A stretch of 64,000 nucleotides of DNA from Kondoa subrosea. Its lineage: Eukaryota. Under the pieces are notes generated by a model. The model was not told where the DNA came from, did no database searches, and was given only the letters and a program-made list of their open reading frames with translations. The stretch spans positions 1,178,001-1,242,000 of the forward strand of contig BCIN01000006.1 of the NCBI GenBank assembly GCA_039545335.1, given 5' to 3'. Made by a program: the position numbers and the translations under genes. Shown here piece by piece: positions 13,779 to 27,043 of the stretch (positions are counted from its first letter, which is position 1; the number at the start of each line of letters is the position of its first letter).

Positions 13779-15555
13779 TCACGTAGGACGTTCGTGTGAA
13801 ACAGTCGAGCTGTCGAAGTATAAGTAAGCTGAACTCTCACACATAGAGAAAAGACATACGTAGCAACAGCCCTAAATAGCTGGAACCAAAAAGGCGATGT
13901 AGGTCTCTCAGTCCATAGCTTTTCCAGAGTAGCTTGCTCGCACGAGATAATGGTCTATGTAGACTCAGCGTAGATCAATGGTATTCCGCTTGAGGCTTAC
14001 CCAGTGCTTGACACCATAGTCAAGCATTTCTGAGCGGATCTGGCATAGAATGAGAATCAGCAAACGACGGAAAGTATGGATCTTACCTCCGGGAATAGAG
14101 CCGCAAAAGAACCAGACGCCTCATCAAGAGCAATTGTAGGAGTCAAGCTGGCTAGAATTTGCGACTTGGACGCTTGCTTGAGATCGTCTAGACCCATTTT
14201 ATCCGCCAATCTACCACAAAATGAGTACCAAGCATTTGCAGAGAATCTAAAATACCTGAATATTGATTTCGGCGACACAGGACGACCTTCCCAAGCGCTT
14301 TCACAATTCAGGTATTTGGCTTTGCGGAGGTTGTGGGCAGCTTGAGTCTCTTGCTCTTTCATATCAGACCAATATTGACTGCTGAGAGGAGCGAAGCATA
14401 TCGATCCCAAGTGCAGGTATGCCAACATAGTGCCGTATGTGCTTCGTCGGAAGTCTTCAATTCTCACCGTTGTTCGAGTTCGTGTTTCAGATCTTTTCGC
14501 TTCGATTCCCTCGTCTTCAGTATCGGTATCGCTTTCGTCTTCCAATGTCGGTGGCGCATTTGTTGGTTGTGCAGAAACTCCGGATTCTGCATTGCTTTCC
14601 GAAAACCCTTGCGAGAACACTACGTTTTACGATTAGATATCAATAGATGCTTTCTAATGCAGGACAGATTCGATCTGAAATATTCGCAGCGCATGGTTAG
14701 GACTCATTTCAAAGCGTATATTTTCCGACCGCGCCGTGGAAAATGGAAAACTACATCGCTGTTGTCCGGGTCGTTGAGCAACTTTGCGAGAACATGATTG
14801 CGTTCTGCCGCTTGCGGATCAAGTTTGACCATTGCTGAAGTGCTAGCGTCGATGTTCTCTTGCAATGTCAATGTGATCTTGAGTTTGGCCTCTCTACATT
14901 TTAGAAACCCATATCAGATTTCCACATTCTGACAACCAGCTAACACATACGCATGGAACCTCCGAACTCAATTCCTTACGTAGTTGAGCACCCGATATGA
15001 ATTCATCCCAACCCCAATTGGAGTACTTAGACTTAAAATCAACAGCAGCCTCAAACCGAGGTTTGCCTGATGTGAGTGAAGACTATATTAGAAGCACGTC
15101 AGCGGTGCCACATTGCTTCCTGAACCAAACGTACTTGGAGAGAAAAGGTAGTGAAACCAGGCTGAGCACCTTCAATTGGCATGACGTTGTACAGGTAACA
15201 TTCGAGAAAGTCAGCATCAGCCAATTCCGACGCGGTACCCATTGTTACGCCGATCTGCGATGCGGCTTATTTCTAGCTGAGTGATGTATATCATTATCAC
15301 TCACACGTCATTTACCATGGAAAATTCGCGATCTGATTGCACCGGTTTGCAGCTTCTTGAGGATGCCGCCATCGAGTTGAACCAAATCGGGCGTTTCCCA
15401 AATGATTGTACGCTGCGTATTTTAGAGCCATGAATATACAGCTATATTCATGCATGCGGGCAATAGCCAACCTTGGGTACATGCGTTATGATCGTCTTCG
15501 TCTCTTCCAAGTGGTTGGCCAATGTGATTGAGCCTAGGCCGTCAGAAGAAGTCAT
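13779..15555 (-). CDS. BTB/POZ protein with probable MATH-like N-terminus
   Basis: DNSDVVFHFP, SRFYVVFSQGFSES/IEDFRRSTYGTMLAYLHLGSICFAPL, SPKSIFRLADKMGLDDLK; upstream WGWDEFI and TIIWETP; 5' splicing not fully resolved. Confidence 0.7.
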
Positions 15556-15912
15556 AACTTGCGAGATCGCGCGAATAGAAGCAGACAGATGAAGTCACAG
15601 CGTCGTAGAGGAGCGCAATGAGGCAGACCTAGAGCAAGAGATGTGACAGTTCTAGATGTCAATAATGGCAAATTGCGGCACTGGCAGGGCAAGGGATGAT
15701 CTGGGTAGCTGCAAGGAATGGAAGGTATAAAGAAACAGATATATGATGCCTGGATATTCAGCGCCCCGCGCAGACAATCAACAGACTGTTCGTGATCAAG
15801 CTTGTTTGATAAATTTGCGAAGTCTTCTGAATCATCCGCAACAACCGCAAGCTTGCTGCTATACCTGGTCTGAGCATAACCTGAACTTCTAGATTCCCTC
15901 AGCGCCAGCACA

Positions 15913-18543
15913 ATGCCTCCTCGTTCGCTTGACTTGTTATCCACGAATGATGCCAGTCTGAAAACCACATGATCTACAGAAGCAGAATTGCTCATCCGTA
16001 CATGTGCCGAGATTGTTTCCGAGCTCTTGAAAGCGCACGAAGAAGGTGCAGATGTTTCGCTCAATGCTGTTCGATCAAAAGTCGCAAAACGTAATAAACT
16101 GAAGACGATGCCTCGACTGGTCGATATTATCTCTGCTGTACCTGAAGGAGCAAAGGAATACTTGTTGCCCAAGTTGAGAGCGAAACCTGTCAGAACAGCT
16201 AGTGGGGTCAGTTACAAGCCCGACCTTCAGCTTGAAGCTGATGTAGGAGATGGTTTCAATTGACAGATAGCGTGCGCTCTCCCTCAACACGATGACGGCA
16301 AGTCTGATCATCCTACAGAGTCGTAGCTGTGATGGCAAAACCGCATCGATGTCCGCACATTGCGATGACAGGCAACATCTGCGTGTAAATACCTATCTTG
16401 TGATTGTCTTTACATCGCTCACAATTGATTAGATACTGTCCTGGAGGTCCTGATTCAGATTTCGAGTATTCAACACAGGTCAGTCGCTATTTGAAGAATA
16501 TTTGAGTGTTGATCATTGATAGTCGTCGAACGACAGTCCTATACTGGCTACGAAGTGAGCATACACTACTATGGCTGTATAATATCTGATGAAAGAGCAG
16601 CCAACGAGCATGCGAGCTATTCGAGCGCGATATGATCCTTATGAGCAAAGTCGAGGACGAGTAGAACAACTAAAAGGCTTAGGGCATTCGGTAGATAAGG
16701 TATGCACTTGATCTCTATCGTCGCGTTACATCTTCTAAATCAATCATCAGGTCGAGCATATCAGTCAGTCTGACGGCGGATCAATCATGTTTTCTTATGT
16801 TGACTGCAACGCCGGCTGACAGTCATGGGCGGTACTTTCCTCTCACTACCTGAAGACTACAGAAACCAATTTGTAGCGCAACTGCACAACTCGTTGAGTG
16901 GATGGACGGGAACAGATGTAGATGAAGCTGTTAGGTGAGCCAATTTAGAACATTCAGGTTCGTTGTGATTGAGCAATCATCTTGGGTAGATACTCTGCTC
17001 AATCTAAGACGAAGAGTGTTGGGATTACCATCGAAACAAGACCTGACTATTGTCTCAAACCACATCTGAGGTATGGAGACAGACAATAGGATTTAGCTTA
17101 ACAGCTAATTCGTAGAATGGTCCATCCTTACAGTCAAATGCTCCGGTATGGATGTACAAGACTAGAAATCGGTGTTCAATCAGTCTACGAAGATGTAGCG
17201 CGAGATACGAATCGAGGTCATACGGTTCGAGCTACATGCGAAAGTTTCCAAATGTCCAAAGATGCTGGTTTCAAAGTGATATCGCATATGATGGTCAGTC
17301 TTTCTGCGATAATTTCTTGCATAAAATCCTATTATTGAGCCGGCCTTACAGCCTGATTTACCAAACGTTGGCGTCGAACGAGATATCGAACAATTTCACG
17401 TGAGCAATAGAAGGATGACCCGCCCAAAGCTGATTCGTCTGACATGGTGTTCACAGGAATACTTCGAAAACCCTGCTTTCCGATCAGACGGTCTCAAAAT
17501 CTACCCAACGCTAGTCATTCGCGGTACTGGTTTGTACGAGCTTTGGCGGACGGGTCGATATCAGAACTACACGCCGAATGCTTTGATCGATATTGTTGCC
17601 CGAATTTTGGCATTAGTACCACCTTGGACGCGAATCTACAGAGTTCAAAGGTGCGCAGATCATGAGACAGCTGTTTTCAGAGCTTCCCTCATCGGTCTTG
17701 GTACAGAGATATACCGATGCCACTTGTCAGCTCTGGTGTAGAGAATGGTAATCTGCGAGAACTGGCGTTGGGTCGAATGCGAGATTTCGGTGCTGAATGT
17801 CGAGATGTGCGCAATCGAGAAGTTGGCATACATGAGATTCATCACAAGGTTCGACTGACAATCGATGCATTGAGCTTCAGCTCATGCGATTCATTCTGTT
17901 GTCGAACAGGTCCGACCAGATGAAGTTGAACTCATCAGAAGAGATTATGTAGCCAACGGTGGGTGGGAAACTTTCCTCAGCTACGAAGATCCAGAGAAAG
18001 ATATTCTTGTCGGTCTCCTTCGACTGCGCAAATGTTCGGAAGAAGGAACTTTCAGACCTGAGCTGCTCAAGGATGGTCAATCGAGTTTGGTTCGAGAATT
18101 GCATGGTAGGTAGCTAAACGACATTCGCAGAAAGCGTCCATTGATCCATACTTGCGCTACAGTATATGGTACAGCTGTGCCGATGCATAGCAGAGATCCA
18201 ACGAAGGTACGGGTGATGAAACCTTAACGCAATTCTGTAGATCGCTTAAGTTGTTCCATTCCGTACAGTTCCAGCACCAAGGCTTTGGTACTTTGCTCAT
18301 GGAAGAAGCTGAGCGGATAGCAAGGGACGAGCACGGCAGCAAGAAACTAGCTGTCATCAGTGGTGTGGGCGTGCGAAGCTATTATGCTCGTCTAGGCTAC
18401 TAGTGAGCTGCTGATATTACATTTTGATGTGCAGTACTAATGTATCTTTTCAGCTTGGAAGGTCCTTACATGGTGTATGTCTTGCTCCGTCTCTTTTCCT
18501 GGAATTAGAAAGGCTAACATCCGTCAACAGGAAAATGTTATAA
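15913..18543 (+). CDS. ELP3: Elongator complex protein 3 (radical SAM + KAT domains)
   Basis: [83 protein letters not shown]; many introns. Confidence 0.97.
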
Positions 18544-18725
18544 GCCTTCATAGTATAGATTCGCATGATTATCTGTGCATATTGTGATTTTTGGTCTATG
18601 CTTTGCGTGTGGCTTTTAAGATGACTATATTCTTGCTCATACCCTGACGATTTACTGTACACTTTGTTTTCCTTTTGACTGAATCCTGTTTAATACACCT
18701 AACTTTTCATGTTTAACGGCCAGTT

Positions 18726-20053
18726 TTATTTCCGTATTTTGTTCTTGGCTGTTCACCGCATTGTCAGATATGCTTATGCTTCTCCAAGCGAAAGATCGAC
18801 CATACCTCGGAATAAGGCAAATCTCATATCCACTTCGATTTTCCCCATAACATTACCCAATCCACTCTTATGGCTTGACAATTTATGTCTTTCAGGGTTA
18901 TCCAACGTAGGTACATAATCTGATTGAATTCTAACGACCGGTGGTTCTTCTTGTTCCGTTGTGCTAGAAAGTATAATAGAAGGTAAAGAAGGTTGTTTGT
19001 AGATCGTTGATTGGTGCTGATGAGAAGCAGAAGCAGGATTGAGGGATGAAGATCGATTATGTGCAGAAGTAGAAGACATATCGATCATGTTCGGGTCGGA
19101 AGCTGTAGAATTGTTTGATAAAGTTCTATTGATTCCTGGTCGAGAAGCGGAAGAAGATGCCCCGCCTCCGCTCGCTTTTGGCGCGGAAGTATTGCGTATT
19201 GGCGGTTTGTAAGTGAATGGCTGTCGAGTTGCTGTTGTTGGAATATATTGGTACGGATTATAAGCTGGCGAAATAGCTGAAGTAGCTGGAATAGGTTGCC
19301 ATGTAGTAGAAGATGGAGCGAGAGAAGGTGCCCGCATAGAGGAAGCTGTTCCGTTTGTTGCAGGTCGATTGGAAACATTGTCAGAAACGCTACGACCACG
19401 GCTAACGGAAGAAGCTTGTTTTGTATGATGTGAAGAAGGATAGAGACCGGAAGTCAGCTTCAGACGAGGTGTAGCTTCTTCTTCTATTGTATCGTAAATT
19501 GGGTTGGGCCGGCCGCCGCTGACTGAAACGCCCAAGGGTCCAGCAGAAACTCCAGGAGGTAATCCAGGCAGGACCAAAGCATTAGCGGCTTTACTGGCAG
19601 AAGGAGTTGCGTATTTTGCATTTGGCAGATCTGCATCTGACGCGGAAGAACTGGAAGAAGAAATGGAGGAAGCCCTGGACCGAGACAAATGCGAAGTCTT
19701 TCTTTGCCTCGGCCGATTTGATTGAAAGGACGTTCTACTTGCTGCTTGTTCGATATCTAGAGATACAAAGTCTAAGTACTCGATTTCATCCAGATGGAGC
19801 GAGCACAATCACATTCTGGATCATGCAAATTTCCGTCTTTGTCCCTGTAAAGGGAAGAAGTGTACTGATCGGATTCGCTGGAATTCCGTTTTGAAGATGT
19901 AAGCTTGTCCTTAAGCTTTTGCTTTTTGCTTGCTTTGCCATTTGATGCTTTGTAACCACTTTCCAGATTGACTCCATTCGCAGCCCATTCTTGCCTTAAC
20001 GAAGTCGTCTGACTTCCAAATTGTCCGTTTTGCCTAGAAGCGACCATGATCAT
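18726..20053 (-). CDS. Ser/Pro-rich hypothetical protein
   Basis: ORF 19772-20053 joins ORF 18774-19808 through a 41-nt intron (DGNLHDPEYF); last exon AKNKIRK*. Confidence 0.6.
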
Positions 20054-20272
20054 TCAGTCCGCGTGAGCAACAGAGTTCCGGGCGACGTGATGAATTAAAT
20101 AGACGTCAGTCAGCCCAAACAGCTGAATTTGGTAATTCGATTGATTTCTGGGGCGGTATATTCCAAGCCTAGGCCGTGGTTCACTGTCAAAGCAGGATTT
20201 TCCAGGACGAGAGTTCAAAGACAGGTCGAATGTCTTGTCTCGCCGTCTGAGGGCAGGCTGCGAATTTCAGTA

Positions 20273-21849
20273 ATGCAAAACAAACAGCCTTGTCCCTCGA
20301 CCAAAAACGAGACTGAGGAAGGAATGGTCAAAGGCAAGGCCAAACAGCTGACAAATGCTGAAGGGGAAGAGCTAGGTTTTGTGGTCGACGTCAAGCCTGC
20401 AAAAATACGCAAACATTTGGAATACATCCCTGTCTCTTCCTCTGCGTCAAGAGCTGGATCTCCTGTATTGGATACTGCTGTAGTTGAGCAGGAGAATGAG
20501 GTCGACCAAGTGATGCATGACAGCGAAGACAGCGTCTTGTCGGCAGCAAAAATCGAAAAGGGCAAAGCTAGGGAAGTTGAACCTACAGTAGAAGAGCTGG
20601 AGGCCTTGAAAGAGTTGCAAGCGGATCAACCTGAAGGGATTGATGTGAGTTCTTCTCTGAAATATGCATAATCGAAACTCATGTCGAATAATAGCGATAC
20701 TATGCAGAAACTGGCAAGCTAGACAAGACACATAAATGCAGTCTGTGCAACGAGTATGGTCACAGCATAAGAGATTGCACGCATCAGCAGTGTTCGACAT
20801 GCGGCGCTCTGGACGATCACTCGTACAAAACATGTCCATTCAATAGAACCTGCTATCGCTGTGGAGCCAAAGGTCATACGGATTCAACATGTCCTAATCC
20901 TCAATCATCACGCTCGATGTGTTGTACAAACTGCAAGAGCACTTCTCATACTGCTTTCGCTTGTCCGACGAATTGGCGCGTCTATACATACCGCTCATCG
21001 AAATCCGACTCTGCCAAACCTCAGCTGGTCAGCTGTTATAATTGTGGTGCATCAAGTACAGACGGATCCGGTCATTTTGGGTAAGCCCTAATTCTAACCT
21101 CACTTGAAATAGTACTGAATGGCAGTTGCAGGGCTGAATGCCCGTTACCTCGAGGTCATCCTTTGCATCACGTCGGACCTTCAGCTTTCACAAATGGAGA
21201 TGGTCCACCTGCTTCTGCTCAATCTCGTGCTCGCAACAATAATACTAAACCTGCATCTTTCAACGATTCTTCCTTTTCCAATCCGCCCACTCACGGAGCA
21301 CGAAGACCGAATATAGTCAATGGCGTCAGACAAAATCATCAACTACCTCTCAGACCATCCAACCGTGGTCCTCATCCGCCTCCATTCCGTCGACCAATTC
21401 AAGATGATTATTCCGATGAAGAGGAAGAAGAACCGGACATTTTCGCTCGGATATCAAAACGTTCTGGTCCTCCTCCTTTTTCGAATCGACCGAGAGATAA
21501 TGATCGAGCAGGAAAGAAACCAAAAATCGCTTTCTCCTTTAGACCACAACCTATGGATATGTTAGACCGGATAGATCGACGAGCTTCACCACCTCCTTCT
21601 TTCTCTACCAGAAGGGATAGGGAATGGGAAAGAATTAGAAGTCCTCCACCTAGAGAAAGAAGAGAGTATAGGAAACCTGCTTTACCTGAAAGAGAAAGAG
21701 ATTTTGGTAGTAGAGATAGAGAAAGAAGGGGGAATGCTGGAGGAATGGCTAGTGCACCTAATTGGCAGAAATTCAAGAAGGAACAGTTGAATGGACGTTA
21801 CGGTGGCAGTGAGGAACGAGATAGAGATAGATTCAGACTCAAGAGGTAG
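20273..21849 (+). CDS. AIR2: Air1/Air2-like zinc-knuckle RNA-binding protein (TRAMP subunit)
   Basis: Five CCHC-type knuckles (CSLCNEYGHSIRDC, CSTCGALDDHSYKTC, CYRCGAKGHTDSTC, CTNCKSTSHTAFAC, CYNCG..GHFGAEC) with linker NWRVY. Confidence 0.8.
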
Positions 21850-21903
21850 TCAGTCGTTCGGCATTCATCTTTGCATTTGCATAGTCTCCATTTGATCTCA
21901 GCT

Positions 21904-23119
21904 TTACTGGTGATGCAACACCTTTACACCTTCCTCCATGAGAAATGCCTTGACATTGGCCGGAAGCTCAAATTCAGCCATAGACATCGACACGTTCTTC
22001 CAGAAAGGATGATCTAGTAGCTGTTCAACTGTCGAGCTGAAGCATGCCATGACCGCGCTGTAGAAGCATGGATCGAGGTGCGTTTGAGTCGTCTTTAAAT
22101 TCGCGATATGGTTTCTGCTTGGGAATGCATGCATGGAGCCTTGACCGGTCTGTATACTTTAATCAATGCGAGCAACATACAGATGGATGAGACTCACCTG
22201 CATCAACCACAATAAGCTTGCCAGTCTGTTCATATCCTTTGCTTTCGATTCGATACTTGCTTCCTCTGCTGTACCGAAATCACAAATCCGAAGCGAGAAA
22301 TCTGGCATTATCAGGACATTGCCACTCTTCTGTCGTATGCTCAGCGCAGATTCAGCTGAGGAATTGCTAAGACATCGTGACTAACGAGATCACCATGCGC
22401 CAGACAAACTTCATTGTGCAAGTACTTCAAGCCAAGCAGTATTTGCCAGGAGAAGTACTTGACGAGAGGCAAAAGTATAGAGCTGGCAAGGCTTCAGCGC
22501 AATACGCAACGTCAGCGCGAAGAACTCGCCATTCGACAGCTGAGGCTACACTTTGGCGCAATTCTTGTTGTTCAGCCGGATCACTTGTAGCGATTTCGAT
22601 CCATCCAAGACCGGTCTCTGGCAGCTTGTCTGCCCAAACTTGCAGAAATAGCTGAAGGCTAGTGCATCCTTTCTCCAGTATAGCCATATCGTATAGATTA
22701 GGATGATCGGCAGTGTAAGATTTGATGATATAAGGGCTGTTCAGCTGGGCGAGCAGTCGTCTTTCCTTTTTTATAGCGCTCAAGCAGGAGTCCCTGGTCA
22801 GAGACATGTTCTTGTCTCTCCTAAAAGTGCAAGGCATCAGCTGTGGTCAGCTTTGGGAAACAATAACACACCAAATCTGGTAATCATGAAGCGCAACCTT
22901 GGCTGCAAATATCTGACCCTGATCATTCTGAATGGTATACAAGGTGGATGCACCACCCCCTCTAGACAACACGTCCGATAAGTGATAGCCGCTGTGTGAT
23001 TCATCAGCTTGTGCGTCTGTCCAGAAGGCGACGTACGCAAGATAGCAAGGCAGGCTATCGATAATTCGATCAGTGCGCAAGAAGTGCCTTTGAGGTATTA
23101 AGTGTGCTGATGAAGTCAT
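21904..23119 (-). CDS. Divergent non-RD protein kinase
   Basis: Spliced: LSRGGGASTLY, FAAKV, KKERRLL, KYFSWQILLGLKYLH, HGDLKSGNVLI, ICDFG, EQLLDHPFW; requires one GC-AG intron (gcgagt..ccag). Confidence 0.8.
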
Positions 23120-23715
23120 ACAGTGAAGTGAGAAGAGAAGACAAAGTCACAAAGAATCGAAAAGTGCGTTACGCAACACTAGAGCACTGACTAAGAGCAG
23201 TGTACTTGATGTACCGACTTTATGCAAATGCGGTACAGCACTGCAGAGAACGATCAATAAACCATATCGATGGATAGTACACAGCTTTGTGTTGCGAAAG
23301 AGTCAGCTCAAAGATTTCAGACGATATACTGTATCGGATCGAGAAGAATCGCCGCGTTGAGAAAAGATATCGCCGTGTGTGACTAGGTGTCAGTAGGTTG
23401 ATTGGACACTGATGGCATCGCATCGCATTGCATGCATTACATCTCTAATGATCTTTGAGGCAGAAAAGGTATGCTAGTAATAGCCTAGTATTATGTACAA
23501 CTGTAGAAAGCCATGACGAACAACGAGAGTAATAAATCAGACGGCTGAAGTGATGGTCTGTCCCTTAAGAGAGTGCCATTCGAAGTAGAAGGAGACAATA
23601 AAGCCAAGACCCATAGCGATGACAGGACTGTGCAAACAAAATAAGCAATGTCAAATACCGAATTGAATACACTCACATGATAAAGGCTTTTTTGAGATCT
23701 AGTCGGAATCTGGGA

Positions 23716-25937
23716 CTATAAATCCCTGTAGTGGTAGTTCGGCTTTGGATTACAATGCGGATGCACGCTGAAGAAGCTCACAGATAAGTCATCTTCTACC
23801 TCCTCTTCATCATCATCATCTTCTGATCTAACCTCCAAACCGTCGCGTCCTCTTCTTATTCTTTCACGGTTCTAGAGTAAGGGGTAAGTGTCAATTCAGA
23901 TGGCTCATGAGAGCAAATACCGAGGTATGAACAGCAGTAGGTGGCAGCATTTCATCCGAGGTTGAGGGAGGCGTTTGATCCAGTCGGCGCAACTATAATC
24001 GGGAGTGAGCCAACATGAAGTTTATGTTTTCCTGACACACACCTTTTTCTTGCCGGGCAGTTTCTTACCGCGACCGACTTCCTTAACGACCTCTACTTCC
24101 GAATCATCGCTCACAAGAGTTGTCTTGCGCTTTGTGGAAGCTCTGCGACCTTGAATCGTATTTGCCGTGCGGCCTGCAAAATTCGTCGCTTTCGCCCTTG
24201 AAAAGTCTCTCTCGAACGAGAGAGGGAGAGCTGACCTGTTCGCTCTACCTGCTTACCAACACCGACAATCTCAACGTCACTGGAATCAGCGACCGTGTGA
24301 ACCTCCTTCTTCGGTTGCACATTCGACTTGCTCTTTCCCTTCAATGAAGCTTTCTTTGAAGCTGCCTTTGGTTGCACTCTGCTCAAGATATGTCCAGTGG
24401 AAGATGAAGATTCTTGCGCTTGTCTGCCATCAGTGTTCTTGCCGAAGAAAGCTGTAATCTGTTTTGTACTATTTGCAATTGCTGATTTTGCTTTGATCTT
24501 GACCTTGCCGATGGCTGAAGTGGAGACAGCAGATTTGCCGTTATCGGCGACTGATATCAAACGGTCAGACTACTTGATCATGCAGGAAGGACCATCGAAA
24601 CAAACCCGGTTTCTCGGGATATTGGTCAGCGACATCTTCCACTAGTGAATGTGAGATGCTGAGCAGATCTTCATGATTGAAAGACATAAAACATACGTGA
24701 GTTTTGGTCAGTATCTTCATCTGCTGAGTCCTCTTCCTTCGCGATCTTCATCAATTCTTTGATGGCAGGTTTCTTCAACGCAAATTTCAAGCTTTCCTTC
24801 TCAACAGTGACCTGTTTGCCTCCGATTTCGAGGTGTAAAGATGAATCTCGGGCAAAGAGGTGCACTTTGCCTTTCGTGCAGGAATTGTATGAGCCTCCAG
24901 GTGGATGAACTCGAAGCGCAATAGATCGGCCCAGCATTTGAGTCTTGTCGTCCCAAATTTGAGTTCCGTTCTCGTCGAATTGAGCAATGTGGAAAGAAAG
25001 AGTGACCCTATCGTTCCCCGGCACCTTTAATGTATGATCGGCCTTCATCCTGTTCCATACAGCACCATCTATGACGCAGTCGAGGAAACTATGATAGCTT
25101 GCCGGCGAAGAACCTCGCAAAGTTGTAATTTGGCCAACACTTTGAAAGGCTATTGAAATAACCGTTAGAGCTTGTATCTGAACAGACTTGATTACTTTAC
25201 TTACAAGCCGGAATCGTCCCATTTTGCTTCAGAAGTTCCACCCACCTAGCAACGGTTCCGTCGTTACTTGGCATTCCTTTGGTTCCACTGCGGGTGCGTA
25301 TGCTCAGTTCTTGCGAGAACTGCATCTTTGCGAATACAGCCGGAAGACCTTGAGGGTAGGCCTCTACTAGATCTTTGTGGGCGATGGAATAACACCGGAA
25401 GCCATAAAAATCATCTTCCCCAGGAATGATTGCCTTTCGGTGGTGGCTAGATCACACGCTTAGATGAATTATGTTGGCCATAGACTCACTCACAATCGTA
25501 AGATAGCAGAATTACCAGTCCGCATCAGGTCGTCCTCTTCTAGCATGAAAACTTTTGTCATGTTCTTCGATTCATGTCAGCCAACGCCGCACCGGGTAAC
25601 TGTATTTACGACATACGTTGTCGTCTGAAGCGTACATCCGGATAGCCACCATCCCTTCCTCTCCGTACTTCGAAATTCGTCCAGTAACCAAGAATGATCC
25701 ACTAGGATCGAGTTGACTCGCTTCGGTCGGTAGCTGGTACAAGGCTTTGCTTCTAATCAGATAACATCATAGGGCGCAAACAGTTGACTGACTTTTATCT
25801 CGAGTTGTGCGCGTTTTCTTGATCCTTTCAACGGTTCCATCGCGAGCGCTTTTCCACCACCCATCAACCAGATTGCTGATTTCTGAGCCCGTGAAAGCAG
25901 CTCCTGGAGCATTCAATTCCACTCCACTTTCCTGCAT
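23716..25937 (-). CDS. Orphan multi-exon protein: globular N-half, K/E/D-rich C-half
   Basis: ATG at 25937 (MQESGVEL), open exons bounded by GT-AG sites including ORFs 24671-25222 and 24111-24560; no recognised family; 3' end approximate. Confidence 0.55.
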
Positions 25938-26190
25938 GATATAACAGGTGAAGAAAGGTAATGCGAACTGAGCGTCAAGATTGGCTAATGAAAAAAGAGC
26001 GAAAGAAACAGAGTAAGAAACAGCGACTAGTGAGGCAGCAGCACAGATAGAGATCAGTGCGATGCGAGAGCGAGAACTTCAGAGCGTATAGTGGCTGTCT
26101 TGCAAGAAGCGGATCTATCTGTTTTCAAGCTTGTTCTCGTACCAAACTCTTCTCTTGCTAGTACCTCTCAAGTCAGCTCCATCTCTGATA

Positions 26191-26505
26191 ATGTCGTCTA
26201 CGTCTTCAGAGCTTGCACCTTCGAGCGTCACTGCTGCTGCTACTTCTGGTGCAGACGACGCATGTTACATCACCATGCCTGTAGCTGAATGGCAGGCTGT
26301 GATGGACGATTTGAGGGCTCTGCAGACACTCTTTCGTAACCTACAGATTCAATTAGATGCTGCTGCGCCCGATGCTGCACTTGCTGGTCAGGGTTTGTTT
26401 GTTTATCTAAGTCTGCTGTCATTACTTCTCAGTCCTCTTTCTCTCTGGATAGGAGGTAACGGCAGCAATGGAGATGCTGAGGATGGAGTTACTAGCAGAG
26501 AATGA
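26191..26505 (+). CDS. Small orphan protein with a short coiled-coil-like segment
   Basis: MSSTSSEL...EWQAVMDDLRALQTLFRNLQIQLD; probable phase-1 intron gtttgt..tag; divergent from the gene starting at 25937. Confidence 0.45.
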   Translation: MSSTSSELAPSSVTAAATSGADDACYITMPVAEWQAVMDDLRALQTLFRNLQIQLDAAAPDAALAGQGLFVYLSLLSLLLSPLSLWIGGNGSNGDAEDGVTSRE

Positions 26506-27043
26506 AAAGAACTGGTCGGAAGAGTTCACCTTGCTTTTGCTGTCAGTGAAGTTTGCTTCCAACTGTTCGCCTTCCCTCACAGCTGATAACTCTTTACTGA
26601 ACAGAATACATGTTTTGCCGTCCATTCCTTCCCTCTCCTTCATTTCATCAACCCTCGCATTGTGTATGTCCTATTAGTCTCGCACTTCCATGATCGCAAA
26701 ATCTCTCGCCTGCTACCGCACTACCAACTTCCAGATCTCTTACTGGAGCAGCAAACAAGAAAGCTTTGATTACGCGTGTTCATCTTGCTTGTTCCAAACC
26801 GACACTTCCCTCATTCGTTCTTGTCGTGCTCGTGGTCAAGAAGATTTCGAGTACGAAAGCAATCGGTGGGGAGCGAAAGTAGGCAATCGAGTAATAGTAA
26901 TTGCGTAGCAGTAATGGATCAATCGTAGGAGTAATGGATCATCGTACATCACTTCGAGATGACACATTCGTCCCTTTGTTTCTGCATTTCGAAGTCTTTC
27001 TTTGAGTTGCAAGAGCAGCTCGACCTGAAGCGACCTATCTGTG

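Noticed and set aside
15552..16172. 206-aa minus-strand ORF
   Set aside because: Overlaps ELP3 antisense and the intergenic region, non-ATG start, no protein-like motifs
21590..21849. Strongly purine-rich stretch
   Set aside because: Explained by the Arg/Glu/Asp-rich C-terminus of the AIR2-like protein
23220..23676. Two small minus-strand ORFs
   Set aside because: Short, no motifs or convincing splice structure; probably intergenic or UTR
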